From Microcoleus sp. (GTDB taxonomy: Bacteria; Cyanobacteriota; Cyanobacteriia; Cyanobacteriales; Microcoleaceae), in the NCBI GenBank assembly GCA_052279835.1, contig CP181291.1, forward strand, positions 2,656,001 through 2,720,000: a DNA stretch of 64,000 nt, given 5' to 3'. This document shows positions 19,090-29,866 of the stretch, piece by piece. The position numbers were made by a program, and so were the translations under genes. Numbering within the stretch: the first letter of the stretch is position 1; every line of letters starts with the position of its first letter. Under the pieces are notes generated by a model. It worked only from the letters and a program-made list of their open reading frames with translations, was not told the origin of the DNA and made no database searches.

Positions 19090-20373
19090 GTGAAAGTTTT
19101 GGTTGTGGGGAACGGAGGTCGCGAACACGCGATCGCAAAAAAACTGCTCGAATCAACGCGGATTAAACAAGTCTTCTGCGTACCAGGCAACGGCGGCACA
19201 GCTACCACCAACGGCTGCCAAAATTTGTCACTCAACATCGACGACTTCCAAGGCATGGAACGCTTTGTGATGGTCAACAACATCGGACTTGTCATCGTCG
19301 GGCCCGAATTGCCCCTATCACTAGGCATCGTTGACTACTTCCAACAGAAAAAACTCATGGTTTTCGGCCCTACCAAAGCCGGAGCCCAAATTGAGTCGAG
19401 CAAATCCTGGGCGAAGGAATTAATGCTCGAAGCCGGAATCCCAACACCCAAAGCAGCCGTATTCACCAACCCAGAAGCAGCCAAAGCATACGTTGTTGAA
19501 CAAGGAACCCCGATCGTCATCAAAGCAGACGGACTGGCATCAGGCAAAGGAGTCACCGTTGCCACCACTGTAAAAATGGCTCACACCGCCATCAACACCA
19601 TTTTTCGCGGCGAATTTGGCACCGACAACATCCGAGTCGTAGTCGAAGAATATATAACAGGTCAAGAAGTATCGATTCTCGCCCTCACCGACGGCATTAC
19701 AGTAGAACCCCTGGTCCCCGCCCAAGACCACAAAGCCATCGGCGAAGGTGACAAGGGAGCCAACACCGGGGGCATGGGAGCCTATGCACCAGCACCGATT
19801 GTCACCCCAGAGCTCATGGACAGGATTCAAATAGAAATTTTGGAACCCACCCTCGCAGCTTTGCAAAAACGCAAAATCGACTATCGGGGCGTACTCTACG
19901 CAGGTTTAATGATTACACCCGAAGGAGAACCAAAAGTCTTAGAATTCAACTGCCGCTTTGGAGATCCCGAAACCCAAGCCGTGTTGTCTCTACTGGAAAC
20001 CCCCCTAGAAGACTTGCTGCTAGCCTGCTGCCAACAGCGTTTAGGAGATTTTTCGGACATTCGCTGGAAGTCCGGGGCTTCGGTTTGCGTCGTTTTAGCC
20101 TCTGGGGGTTATCCTGGAAATTTCCAAAAAGGCAAAACTATTACAGGCATTGAGGAAGCCGAAGCCAAAGGTGCAGAAGTCTTTCATGCTGGCACTCAGT
20201 TGAAGCAGCAGCAGTTAGTCAGCGACGGTGGTCGGGTTTTGGGTGTCACTGCTGTGGGAGAAACATTGGAACAAGCTATTGCTAAAGCTTACGAGGCGGT
20301 AGATTGTATTCAGTTTGAAGGGGTTTACTGTCGGCGCGACATCGGCCGTCGAGCTTTGGCAGATAAAAATTAG
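19090..20373 (+). CDS. purD: Phosphoribosylamine--glycine ligase
   Basis: GNGGREHA, KADGLASGKGV, NTGGMGAY and EFNCRFGDPETQ motifs. Confidence 0.97.
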   Translation: MKVLVVGNGGREHAIAKKLLESTRIKQVFCVPGNGGTATTNGCQNLSLNIDDFQGMERFVMVNNIGLVIVGPELPLSLGIVDYFQQKKLMVFGPTKAGAQIESSKSWAKELMLEAGIPTPKAAVFTNPEAAKAYVVEQGTPIVIKADGLASGKGVTVATTVKMAHTAINTIFRGEFGTDNIRVVVEEYITGQEVSILALTDGITVEPLVPAQDHKAIGEGDKGANTGGMGAYAPAPIVTPELMDRIQIEILEPTLAALQKRKIDYRGVLYAGLMITPEGEPKVLEFNCRFGDPETQAVLSLLETPLEDLLLACCQQRLGDFSDIRWKSGASVCVVLASGGYPGNFQKGKTITGIEEAEAKGAEVFHAGTQLKQQQLVSDGGRVLGVTAVGETLEQAIAKAYEAVDCIQFEGVYCRRDIGRRALADKN

Positions 20374-20535
20374 GAATTTCGACATCGGCCACTTGCGGGA
20401 AGTCAAGCAATCTCAAAGTAGAAGTGTCACAATAAATCTGGGTTCTTTTCAGTGGCGGCAGTGTACTCATTCAGTGTACAAAGGCTGAGGAAAAGCCACT
20501 TTATTTAATTCTACTTTAAAATTTTAACTGGTAAA

Positions 20536-22710
20536 ATGTTGGCCATACTAAACAAAATCGGAGAAATTATTGCTCGCTGGTGGTCGGAGTTTACCCTCCA
20601 GACTCGTCTGATGGCCGGTGCTACCCTCGTAGTTTCCTTAATTATGAGCGGTCTGACATTCTGGGCCGTCAATACTATCCAACAAGATGCCAGACTTAAT
20701 GATACCCGCTACGGTCGTGACCTGGGTCTGCTGTTATCGGCTAATGTGGCTCCCCTGATTGCCAAAAACGACCGCTCGGAGGTTGCTCGTTTTTCCCGTC
20801 AATTTTATAGCAGTACCTCTAGCGTCCGCTATATGCTCTACGCTGACGAAGCAGGGGATATTTTTCTGGGGATACCTTTCTCGGAATCGGAGGTGCAAAC
20901 TTCCTTGACTTTGCGACGTCAGATTAAACTTCCCGATAGTTTTATCGCTGATATTGAGGCGAGAAATTTAACTTCTGTGCCTTTGGTGCGACAACATTTG
21001 ACTCCTGATGGAGAAGTTACTGATGTCTTTGTTCCTCTAATTCATGAAGATAAATATTTGGGAGTTTTGGCGATCGGGATTAATCCCAATCCCGCTGCTG
21101 TCATCTCTTCCAATTTGACCAGAGATGTCACTTTAGCAGTATTTGTGACTATTTGGGTCATGGTAATTTTGGGTGCTGTATTTAATGCGCTGACGATTAC
21201 TCAACCAATTAAACAATTAGTTTTGGGAGTCAAAAACATTGCCAGTGGAAACTTTAAGCAGCGAGTTGACTTGCCTTTGGGTGGAGAATTGGGCGAGTTG
21301 ATTGGCAGTTTTAATGAGATGGCTCAGAAACTGGAAAGTTATGAAGAACAAAATATTGAAGAATTAACAGCGGAAAAAGCTAAGCTAGAAACTTTGGTTT
21401 CAACGATTGCTGATGGGGCGCTTTTGTTAGATGCCAATTTGCAGGTGATTTTAGTTAATCCGACGGGAAGGCGGATTTTTGGATGGGAAGGCAAAAATGC
21501 GATCGGAGTTAATGTCCTGCAAATTTTGCCTGCGGAAGTGCAGCAGGAATTGGCGAGACCCCTTCACCAAATAGCTGCGGGCGATCGCGAAGGTGGCGAA
21601 TTTCGGATCTCGATGATGGAACCCATAAACCGCACCATTCGGATTGTATTAACTACTGTAATTCTCCACAAAGCACCAGGCACAGAATCTCTCTGCCAAA
21701 GCTGTATCCGCGACGATGAAAATACCTGTAATGAACCGGAGCGCCCGGAGGTTGTGGAATGTACTTTCTACGAACAAACATCGAAATATCAAGGTTCTGG
21801 GCAGTACCGGGATAGTCTTAAAGGTATTGCGATGACCGTGCAGGACATCACGCGGGAAGTGGAACTAAATGAAGCTAAAAGCAATTTTATTAGCAATGTT
21901 TCTCACGAATTGAGAACGCCTTTGTTTAATATCAAATCTTTTATTGAAACTCTCTACGAATACGGAGAAGACCTTCAAGAAAGTGAGCGGCGGGAGTTTC
22001 TGGAAATTGCTAATCGAGAAACCGATCGACTAACTCGGTTAGTTAACGATGTGCTAGACTTATCGCGGCTGGAATCCTGTCGAGTTTATCAATTGGACGC
22101 AGTGGATTTGTCTCAAGCTGTCGAACAAACCCTACGCACTTATAAATTGAATGCGAAGGATAAAGGTATTGAACTGGAACAAGATGTTGACCCGAATTTG
22201 CCCTCGGCTTTAGGTCATTACGATTTGCTGCTACAAGTATTGGCAAATTTAGTGGGAAATGCTTTGAAATTTACTTCGGCTGGTGGTAGGGTTGCTATTC
22301 GAGCTTACCTGCTAGACGCTGAGACTGAAAACCACAATGATACTGCTTCGGGACACCACAACCTATCATCGGAATCACACAATTTTCCGGCGGTGCGCAT
22401 CGAAATTTCTGATACTGGGATTGGCATAGATCCCGAAGACCAACAGGCAATTTTCGAGCGCTTTTTTAGGGTAGAAAACAGGGTTCACACTTTAGAAGGA
22501 ACCGGATTAGGTCTTTCTATTGTCAGAAACATTATTGACAAGCACCACACTAAAATTAATTTAGTTAGCGAAGTTAATGTGGGTACGACTTTCTGGTTTG
22601 ATTTGGCAGTTTATCAGCCGAAAAAAACCTTAGAAATTGAAAATTCTTGGCCAGTTGAGGTAAAAATTGAGAGTGAAATAAGTTCTAGTCATGTTAATAC
22701 TAATTATTAA
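20536..22710 (+). CDS. nblS: Multi-stress sensor histidine kinase NblS/Hik33/DspA
   Basis: WWSEFTLQTRLMA N-terminus, 2 TM, HAMP, PAS, SNVSHELRTPLFNIKSFIETL and RVENRVHTLEGTGLGL; downstream of purD. Confidence 0.92.
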   Translation: MLAILNKIGEIIARWWSEFTLQTRLMAGATLVVSLIMSGLTFWAVNTIQQDARLNDTRYGRDLGLLLSANVAPLIAKNDRSEVARFSRQFYSSTSSVRYMLYADEAGDIFLGIPFSESEVQTSLTLRRQIKLPDSFIADIEARNLTSVPLVRQHLTPDGEVTDVFVPLIHEDKYLGVLAIGINPNPAAVISSNLTRDVTLAVFVTIWVMVILGAVFNALTITQPIKQLVLGVKNIASGNFKQRVDLPLGGELGELIGSFNEMAQKLESYEEQNIEELTAEKAKLETLVSTIADGALLLDANLQVILVNPTGRRIFGWEGKNAIGVNVLQILPAEVQQELARPLHQIAAGDREGGEFRISMMEPINRTIRIVLTTVILHKAPGTESLCQSCIRDDENTCNEPERPEVVECTFYEQTSKYQGSGQYRDSLKGIAMTVQDITREVELNEAKSNFISNVSHELRTPLFNIKSFIETLYEYGEDLQESERREFLEIANRETDRLTRLVNDVLDLSRLESCRVYQLDAVDLSQAVEQTLRTYKLNAKDKGIELEQDVDPNLPSALGHYDLLLQVLANLVGNALKFTSAGGRVAIRAYLLDAETENHNDTASGHHNLSSESHNFPAVRIEISDTGIGIDPEDQQAIFERFFRVENRVHTLEGTGLGLSIVRNIIDKHHTKINLVSEVNVGTTFWFDLAVYQPKKTLEIENSWPVEVKIESEISSSHVNTNY

Positions 22711-22729
22711 AACTCATGCAACAGTACCT

Positions 22730-22953
22730 GGGATCATCCCGATTTTGCATAGGCGAAGCATGACCGCCGACAATTTATTAGTGATAACTAGAAATATACA
22801 GCGGTGATGCTTCGCCCCTACGAATATATAGCAATCCTAAATCATTTGTGAATTTCTTACTCCCTCCCCGAACTCGCAGTCCGGGTTGGGGTGGGGTAAA
22901 AATATTTACGACTCCTGCAAGGATTGCTATATTTGCAAAACACAGATCCACCC
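22730..22953. repeat. REP/MITE-like element with a nested second MITE (22826-22932)
   Basis: Inverted copy of 9764-9884, interrupted by ATATAGCAATCCT...AGGATTGCTATAT. Confidence 0.75.
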
Positions 22954-23039
22954 ACAGTAGCTCGGCTGGTGCCACTCCCTTCTTTCATCGTTAGAACCCC
23001 GACTTCTTAAAAAAGTCGGGGCGGTAATTAGATTGCGAC

Positions 23040-23939
23040 TTAAGAAAGGCTTTTTCTAGCACGTTCGGCTCTTTCTTCTGCGGTATCCATCACGTCCGCC
23101 ATCTTTTCCACTATTTCCCCTGGATAATTTTCCAAAATCCGGGTAGAAAGCGAAATTCTGCCCCGGCTTTCATCGAGGTCAATCACTATTGCTTTCAAGA
23201 TTTGACCTGGAGAAAACACCTGGGAAAGGTTTTCAATATATTTTTGGCTGACTTGCTTGATGTGCAGCAAACCGCTAATTCCTTCCATGTCTATAAACAC
23301 GCCGAAAGGCTTAATGCTGCTGACTTTTCCTTCTACTAATTGACCGATTTGTAACTGACTGAAGGCAGAGGATTGAGTTGCTAGGCGCTGGGAAAGTACC
23401 AGTTTTTGTCGCTCTTGGTCTATTTCCAAGAAGCTGACAGTCAAAGCTTGACCGACGAGGGATTCTATGTTATCTCGATCGATTAAGTGCGATCGGGGAA
23501 TAAAGCCACGCATTCCCTGGACATCCACCGTCACGCCGCCCTTATTTGCCCCCGAAACCCGCACTTGAAGCACCTTGCCACTTTCCTGCAATTCCATGAG
23601 CCCTTCCCAGGCTTCCTGAATTTGTAGCTGTCGCAGAGACAAAGTAACTTGGCCATCTGCATCTTGTTCGCGGATAATTAAAAAATCCCGTTCCTCTTGC
23701 AAAGGCACGACTTCCGACAAATTCGCGATGGTTCTCAAAGCAGCTTCTTGGATGGGTAAAAACGCCGAAGACTTGCCACCGATATCAACATACGCACCAT
23801 TTGAGTCGTGCTCCAAGACTTTGCCACGCACAACTTGTCCCTTCTGAAACTCGTAATTGTGCTGTTCAAGGGCTTTTGCAAAATCGTCCATTGAAAAGGA
23901 TGCTTTTGCGCTTTGAGAACCTGTAGATTTGGAATTCAT
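23040..23939 (-). CDS. rps1b: 30S ribosomal protein S1 homolog B (three S1 domains)
   Basis: FSMDDFAKALE N-terminus; VDIGGKS, GFIPRSH and GLLHIKQVS S1 repeats. Confidence 0.8.
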   Translation of the reverse strand: MNSKSTGSQSAKASFSMDDFAKALEQHNYEFQKGQVVRGKVLEHDSNGAYVDIGGKSSAFLPIQEAALRTIANLSEVVPLQEERDFLIIREQDADGQVTLSLRQLQIQEAWEGLMELQESGKVLQVRVSGANKGGVTVDVQGMRGFIPRSHLIDRDNIESLVGQALTVSFLEIDQERQKLVLSQRLATQSSAFSQLQIGQLVEGKVSSIKPFGVFIDMEGISGLLHIKQVSQKYIENLSQVFSPGQILKAIVIDLDESRGRISLSTRILENYPGEIVEKMADVMDTAEERAERARKSLS

Positions 23940-23947
23940 GTAAGTTT

Positions 23948-24002
23948 AGTTGTCAGTTATCAGTTGTCAGTTGTCAATTGTCAGTTGTCAGTTGTCAGTT
24001 GT
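23948..24002. repeat. STRR-type heptamer array (AGTTGTC)n
   Basis: About 7-8 copies visible. Confidence 0.9.
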
Positions 24003-24048
24003 TGGTAGAAAATTTTCCCCGTCTCCACATCTCCCATTCTCCTCATCT

Positions 24049-24795
24049 CTAAACAGGTTGAAGTTCCTGTTGAAATAGATGCTTGACTTGCTCCCACGAT
24101 TCGGCTGCTGCGGTAGCGTCATAACTGCCGCGGTGGTTGCAGAAGAAACCGTGATCGGCATTGTAGCGGAAAATTCGGTGAGAAATATGATGTTTTTCCA
24201 ATTCTGTGGCAATTCGATCGACTTGTTCTGAAGGAATGCTGGCATCTTGAATGCCGTAAAAGCCGTAGAGAGTGCCTTTAATCTCTGCTGTGCGAGTGAT
24301 GGTGGGGGGGCCACCACCGGGGGTTTGGGTAGCGATACCAGCACCGTAGAATGATGCTGTAGCCTTGATTTCCGGCAAGGTGGCGGCGAGGTAGGCTACG
24401 TGTCCGCCAAAGCAGAAGCCGATGCAGCCAAAGTCTGGTTGGTTCACAACTGGCAAGGTTTTGAGGTAGTCGATGGTGGCTTGGATGTCGCTCAGGAGTT
24501 CGGATGCGGTAGTTTGTTCTTTGTATTTTCTGCCGATTTTGATGTCTTCGGGGGTGTAGCCTGTTTCAAAGCCGGGGGCGAGGCGTTGGTAAATGGCTGG
24601 GGCGATCGCCACATAGCCCTCTTTTGCTATTCTTTCGGTAACTTCGCGGATGTGCGAGTTGACTCCAAAGATTTCTTGAATGACGATAATTGCGGGAAAT
24701 TTTCCTGCTGCTGAGGGTTGGGCTAGGTAGGCGGCGATTTGCAAATCGCCGTTGGGGATTTTGACGTTAGCTGTATGAATTTCTGAGTTGGTCAT
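24049..24795 (-). CDS. Dienelactone hydrolase family protein
   Basis: QEIFGVN, GFCFGG and HGFFC motifs. Confidence 0.92.
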   Translation of the reverse strand: MTNSEIHTANVKIPNGDLQIAAYLAQPSAAGKFPAIIVIQEIFGVNSHIREVTERIAKEGYVAIAPAIYQRLAPGFETGYTPEDIKIGRKYKEQTTASELLSDIQATIDYLKTLPVVNQPDFGCIGFCFGGHVAYLAATLPEIKATASFYGAGIATQTPGGGPPTITRTAEIKGTLYGFYGIQDASIPSEQVDRIATELEKHHISHRIFRYNADHGFFCNHRGSYDATAAAESWEQVKHLFQQELQPV

Positions 24796-24951
24796 TTGTG
24801 AATGAGATTTTTGTTATTGAACCGCGAAGGCGCGAAGAACACGAAGGAAGAAAAGAGAAGTTTTGTATGAATATTTTTCCTATTATACCAAGATTTTGGG
24901 ATGAAGATTTTTTTGTTTTGGGACTCTGCGTGTCTTGGCGGTTGGTTAATT

Positions 24952-27420
24952 TTACGACATCACGTTATGGGGAAATTTTTGTTTCAAAACTGGCATGATT
25001 GGACAAGGCTTGAGTTCTTGCAAATTATCGGGTTTGTTCCAAGTGAAAGGGCCTTTTTTTTCGGCTGCCATCCACAGCAAGCTTTTGGCTCTTGTCATGG
25101 CTACGTAGAGCAATCTAAATTCTTCTGCTGTTTTCAAATATCCCGCTTGTTCCCAGGCTTGAGTGAGAGTTGGAAAAGCTTCTTTTTTGTGTAAGCTAGC
25201 TCGGATTTGTGCTCTGGCTACTTCTGCTAAGGTAAAATCTCCTAAAAATTTCGCTTGTGGTAACACTCGCAAACTTCCGGGTATAATTTGGTCGTGTAGA
25301 AATGGGATGAAAACGCAATCCCAATCTAATCCTTTTGCTTTGTGCATGGTAATAATTGTTAGTTGACCTTTGCTGGTGTAGCGTTCTTCTATTTTTTCTT
25401 CGGCTTCTACTGGCTCAAATCTTTCGGAACTGACTATTTCGCTCAGGACACTCAAAATATTGCTCATTGAATTGTTGCCTATTGTTTGGATGGCGACTCG
25501 TTCTGCTAATTTTTCGGCGGTGGCTAATTCTGTTTGGTCGTATTGCAGTGCTAGGGCTAGAAATGAGATGATGTGATTGGGTGGAAGTTCGAGGCGTGCT
25601 TGCAACAAACCGCAGCAAAAGTAGCGACATTTAAGTACGGGGTCTAACTGTTTTGGGTCGAGGGGGCCTGGGTACAGAAATTGCTCTGGGCTAGTAGCTA
25701 AAGCATTGTAGTCTTGTTTGGGTATGAGTTGCCGATCGCTCAAAATCTTGAGTGCTGCTTTTAGGTAGTCTGGTGAGTGGGGGCGATCGAGAAATTGCAG
25801 TAATGTTAAGATTTCCCAAGGTACTTGAGAATGTCGATCGCGTTCTCCGACATCTTCTATCTTAATCCCATATTTTTTTAAATCTACGCTTAATCCATAT
25901 TTATGAGGATTTTCTAGCACCTCTTTGATTAACTTTCCTTGTTTGTTTTCTCTCACTAAAACAGCCATCGACTTGAGATGTTCTAAGGGCAATGTTTGCT
26001 GTGCTTTTTCCTCTCTCACCTCCCCTAACTCTTCAAGTTTATTTTCGGTAACTTTCCATTCAAAATCCGCAGGTAAAAATTCCTCAACTAAATGAATAAC
26101 TCGCTTGCCAATTAATTCTATGCTCTGGTAGATATCGCGGGGAGTGTACAATTCTAAGCCGCGACCAAGGGGTTCTGGGTTCGCATTTATTTGCTGGTCA
26201 TCGCTGCCAACAGCTTGAATATCTTGCTCGCGAAATGGCGGTTCTGTTCCCGCTAATTCGGACTCATTTACCCATTTCAAAATAAAGTTGGCTGCATCGA
26301 TAATCACCTGACTACTGCGACCAGCTACATACATTTTGGCTAACTTATTTTGACGTTCGCATTCATCACAAAAGTCGTTAAAATAAATCGGGTCTGCGGG
26401 TGTGAAAGTAGAATTTATCGCTTGATTTGGGTCGCCAACTCTGATAAAATTTTCCGGTAATTCAGGATGTTCTGGATCTTGAGCTAATGTTTGCAAAAGC
26501 TTAGTCTGTAAAGGTGTAGAATCTTGGGCTTCGTCTTCAAAAACGGCAAATACTTGTTTTTGCTCGATCGCCCTTGCTCTCGGATTCTCTAACACTCGCA
26601 AGGCTGCTAAAATCATTTCGTCGTAATCGATAAAATCCCGACTCTTCAACACAGCCTGATATTTCTGATATAAACCTCCTGCTACAGCTAAAATTTCATA
26701 ACTGTCTCCCGCAGACATAGCTCCCATTTCTAACAAATCTTCAGGAAATAAACCTGAAGATTTGGCTTCGTGAATTACAGTGGTAGCTAACTGTGGCAAA
26801 ATCTCAGTTCGTAAAACAGACTGTCGTCGCATTCTCTCCGTTTCTTCACCATCAAATTGCTGTCCTTCTAACAAACTTTGATATCTGCGGGGATGTTCCG
26901 CTATCCAACTTTCTACACAGGCGCGAATTAAGCGGTGACTTTGAGTGGTGTTAACTAAAGTTGAATTTTCTAAATTTAAACCCGATAAATCAGGATGGCG
27001 CCTCGCAATATTTAATGCCAAACCGTGTAAAGTGTTGACAACAAAACCGCCTTGGGGTAAGGACAATTCTTTCAATCTGTCGCGGATTTTAAATTTAATA
27101 TTAGCAGCAGCCGATCGCGTAAAAGTCACTACTACTAACTGACGACGGCTGTGAAGTTGATGGCGGGCGATCGCAATTGCCGACGCAGCAGCCATTCCCG
27201 TAGACTTCCCAGCCCCAGGCACCGCCGAAACCGCAAGGGGGCCACCTTGCCAATTTGCCATGTCTTTCTGGGCGTCACGCAAGCTGTCGCGAATCTTCTG
27301 ACAAGCTTGTTCTCGCAAAATGGATGCTAACTCCGCTCCTGATTGTGAAGTAAACAGGCTTTCGGGGCTTTTGATACCAGTAATTGAGGAAGTAAAATTA
27401 GGCTCGAATTCGTCAGTCAT
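24952..27420 (-). CDS. UvrD/REP-family ATP-dependent helicase
   Basis: AVPGAGKS, DEAQD, VGDPNQAI, TMHKAKGLDW and LYVAMTRAK motifs. Confidence 0.92.
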   Translation of the reverse strand: MTDEFEPNFTSSITGIKSPESLFTSQSGAELASILREQACQKIRDSLRDAQKDMANWQGGPLAVSAVPGAGKSTGMAAASAIAIARHQLHSRRQLVVVTFTRSAAANIKFKIRDRLKELSLPQGGFVVNTLHGLALNIARRHPDLSGLNLENSTLVNTTQSHRLIRACVESWIAEHPRRYQSLLEGQQFDGEETERMRRQSVLRTEILPQLATTVIHEAKSSGLFPEDLLEMGAMSAGDSYEILAVAGGLYQKYQAVLKSRDFIDYDEMILAALRVLENPRARAIEQKQVFAVFEDEAQDSTPLQTKLLQTLAQDPEHPELPENFIRVGDPNQAINSTFTPADPIYFNDFCDECERQNKLAKMYVAGRSSQVIIDAANFILKWVNESELAGTEPPFREQDIQAVGSDDQQINANPEPLGRGLELYTPRDIYQSIELIGKRVIHLVEEFLPADFEWKVTENKLEELGEVREEKAQQTLPLEHLKSMAVLVRENKQGKLIKEVLENPHKYGLSVDLKKYGIKIEDVGERDRHSQVPWEILTLLQFLDRPHSPDYLKAALKILSDRQLIPKQDYNALATSPEQFLYPGPLDPKQLDPVLKCRYFCCGLLQARLELPPNHIISFLALALQYDQTELATAEKLAERVAIQTIGNNSMSNILSVLSEIVSSERFEPVEAEEKIEERYTSKGQLTIITMHKAKGLDWDCVFIPFLHDQIIPGSLRVLPQAKFLGDFTLAEVARAQIRASLHKKEAFPTLTQAWEQAGYLKTAEEFRLLYVAMTRAKSLLWMAAEKKGPFTWNKPDNLQELKPCPIMPVLKQKFPHNVMS

Positions 27421-27574
27421 GGGATTTTAGATAGGAGATTTTAGTTGATAAAAATATTTTTTACGCTCTACCGTTTCAATTTCTGTATCAGCTATCCTGA
27501 GACTATTGATTCCCGCTTAAGCTAAAACCACCATAACATTTAATACCCAAAGGTTTTTAGAGGACAAACTACCC

Positions 27575-28579
27575 ATGCAAATTTACCTTAAAACCAATTC
27601 CCAGCCACCTGTAAAGCAAAGTCGGAACGGATTAAACAAAAGCACAACTCGCTTTGCCCTAGTCGCATTTTTAACTTTATTCTCTACCATTGCTTTGCCT
27701 AGTTGTGGTACTCAACCCACCAGCCAGGAAAACCAAGTGGCTGCTGGCGCTCCACAAGCTTCTCCCGCACCCGCTGCACCCCCAGCAACCAGAGCAGAAT
27801 CGGCAGCATCAAAAATGGCTGCTGCACCAAAAGATGCCAAAGATGTCAAAGCAGAAACTCCTACCACTCGTCCTCAACTGATTAAAAAAGCCGAACTTGG
27901 TGTAGTTGTCAAATCTATTGATGCTAGCACTAAATCTGTGACTAACATTGTCGAAAAACAGCAAGGTGATATCTTGGGTTTCCAAAGCGAAAAGCCACCC
28001 GATTCTAGTATCCGACAAATGGCAACTTTACAGATTCGCGTGCCTCAAGAACGATTGGAAACTACTTTAGATAGTTTAGCAAAACTCGGAACCGTACAGA
28101 ATCGCGCTCTGACTGCGGAGGATGTGACTGCTCAGTTGGTGGACAATGAAGCTAGACTGCGGAATCTGCGTAAATCGGAGGAAGTGGTATTAAAAATTAT
28201 GGACCGTTCTGGTTCTGTGGGTGATGTACTCAAAGCTGCTCAAGAATTGAGCAATATTCGGGAGTCTATCGAACGGATTGATGCTCAGTTAAAGAGTTTG
28301 CGAAATCAAGTGGCTTATTCTACTATTAGTCTCACTTTAGAAGCAGCAGTATCTTCTCAACAAGTTCCAGAACCTTCTCTTGGTTTGCGGATTCAAGAAA
28401 CTTGGGGGAAAGCCACTCATTCTGTAGGAGAATTAACTTTTGGTTTGTTTGATTTAGGTATTTGGTTGTTGGCTTACACTCCTTATTTTTTGGTGATTGG
28501 AGCTGCGGTTTATGGTTTTAAGAAGTTTAAGAAACCACACTCAGTCCCCAAAATAGAGGAACAGAAATCCCTTGATTAG
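27575..28579 (+). CDS. DUF4349 domain lipoprotein
   Basis: LPSC lipobox-like motif; LIKKAEL...RVP...EDVT...YSTISL; C-terminal TM. Confidence 0.82.
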   Translation: MQIYLKTNSQPPVKQSRNGLNKSTTRFALVAFLTLFSTIALPSCGTQPTSQENQVAAGAPQASPAPAAPPATRAESAASKMAAAPKDAKDVKAETPTTRPQLIKKAELGVVVKSIDASTKSVTNIVEKQQGDILGFQSEKPPDSSIRQMATLQIRVPQERLETTLDSLAKLGTVQNRALTAEDVTAQLVDNEARLRNLRKSEEVVLKIMDRSGSVGDVLKAAQELSNIRESIERIDAQLKSLRNQVAYSTISLTLEAAVSSQQVPEPSLGLRIQETWGKATHSVGELTFGLFDLGIWLLAYTPYFLVIGAAVYGFKKFKKPHSVPKIEEQKSLD

Positions 28580-28623
28580 TCATTGGTTATTAATTTTAAA
28601 AACAGGCTTTCCGGCCTGTCCTA

Positions 28624-28740
28624 CTCGTTACCAGGCTCTGCCTGGTAATGCAGATTCGGAGGCTCTGCCTCCAATTTCGATCGCAGCTTTTCGAGGCAGA
28701 GCCTCTGGATCTCGGTTCCCAGGCAGAGCCGGGGAACCAG
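28624..28740. repeat. Dispersed palindromic repeat built from AGGCTCTGCCT/AGGCAGAGCC units
   Basis: Nested inverted repeats between converging genes. Confidence 0.8.
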
Positions 28741-28771
28741 TTACAACCAACAAATCACAACTAACTATTAA

Positions 28772-29866
28772 CTAATCATCTATTTGCCATCCATCTTTGG
28801 TGTAATCTTCATCCAAAATCTTTTTCGGACGCATCACCAGCACAACTCGTCCTAAAATCTGAATATCCGGTGCTTCTTCAAACCAGTACAATTCCAAATT
28901 GCCACCGTTATCTGCCAGGAAATAACTATCAGCATCCCATTGTCTTTGAGAGCGATCGACAATAATTAAAATTTCTTCAATTTTGCCTTGCAGTGGCACC
29001 GGCAGTCGATCGCTCATTTCCAGAACCGCTACCGGATCTTCAGCATTCAAAATCACTTGCCAGCCCGGAATCGCCACCCAAGCTCCCGCTCCCGAAAATT
29101 TTACCATTCTCAACGGTCCAATTTCCTCTAGCAAAGGCACTGCCTGTAAATCTGTCACCGAAAGTGGCAATTTACCCACAACGGGGAGCATCCGGGGTAC
29201 TTGTTCCTCTGTGTCGAGCCTGTAAACGGGCAAACGGGGGGCAGAACGTCTCCGAACTACGGTAAAATCTACCAGCAACTGCTCGATTTGTTGTCGGGCG
29301 CTGTTGCTGCTAGCTAATTTTAAACCTCGCGCAATTAAGCGCGATCGCTCTTGCAAGTCACTGTTTTGTCTGGCTAATTGCCAGCACTGGTAAGCCATGG
29401 CATCGCCAGCAGTATCTGTGAAGCCTTGGGGCAGACTTCCAAAGCGTGAAAACTCCTTCATGGCTTTAGCGACATCACGGGCGTCGTCAACGTCCAAATT
29501 GTGGGCCAGTATCAACGCCGCCGCTGCCGCCCTTTCTGCTTGAGACAGAATCCGAAATTCATACAAAATATCGCTACCTTTGGCCAGAAAGTGCGATCGC
29601 ACTTCTTCGGAAGCCCCAGCATTTATCATGCTAGTGTAGACTTGTGCTGCAACGCTGACCTGATTTTGCTGAATTGGCTCAAAACCAGTTTCTTCAAAAA
29701 TTCTTTGAGAACTGTAGCCAGCTTTTTGCAGTGCTGTACAGGCTTGTCCCCAGTGTACCCAGCCACCTTCTTTGCGGCGGAGCGATCGAACTAAATTTTC
29801 GAGATCCACAGCATCAGCAGAGGGTTGAGATGCGGGTCCGGATGAATCTTGCGGTGTATCAGTCAT
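28772..29866 (-). CDS. raf1: RuBisCO accumulation factor 1
   Basis: LRRKEGGWVHWG, IFEETGFEPIQQNQ, RPKKILDE and terminal WQIDD. Confidence 0.93.
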   Translation of the reverse strand: MTDTPQDSSGPASQPSADAVDLENLVRSLRRKEGGWVHWGQACTALQKAGYSSQRIFEETGFEPIQQNQVSVAAQVYTSMINAGASEEVRSHFLAKGSDILYEFRILSQAERAAAAALILAHNLDVDDARDVAKAMKEFSRFGSLPQGFTDTAGDAMAYQCWQLARQNSDLQERSRLIARGLKLASSNSARQQIEQLLVDFTVVRRRSAPRLPVYRLDTEEQVPRMLPVVGKLPLSVTDLQAVPLLEEIGPLRMVKFSGAGAWVAIPGWQVILNAEDPVAVLEMSDRLPVPLQGKIEEILIIVDRSQRQWDADSYFLADNGGNLELYWFEEAPDIQILGRVVLVMRPKKILDEDYTKDGWQIDD

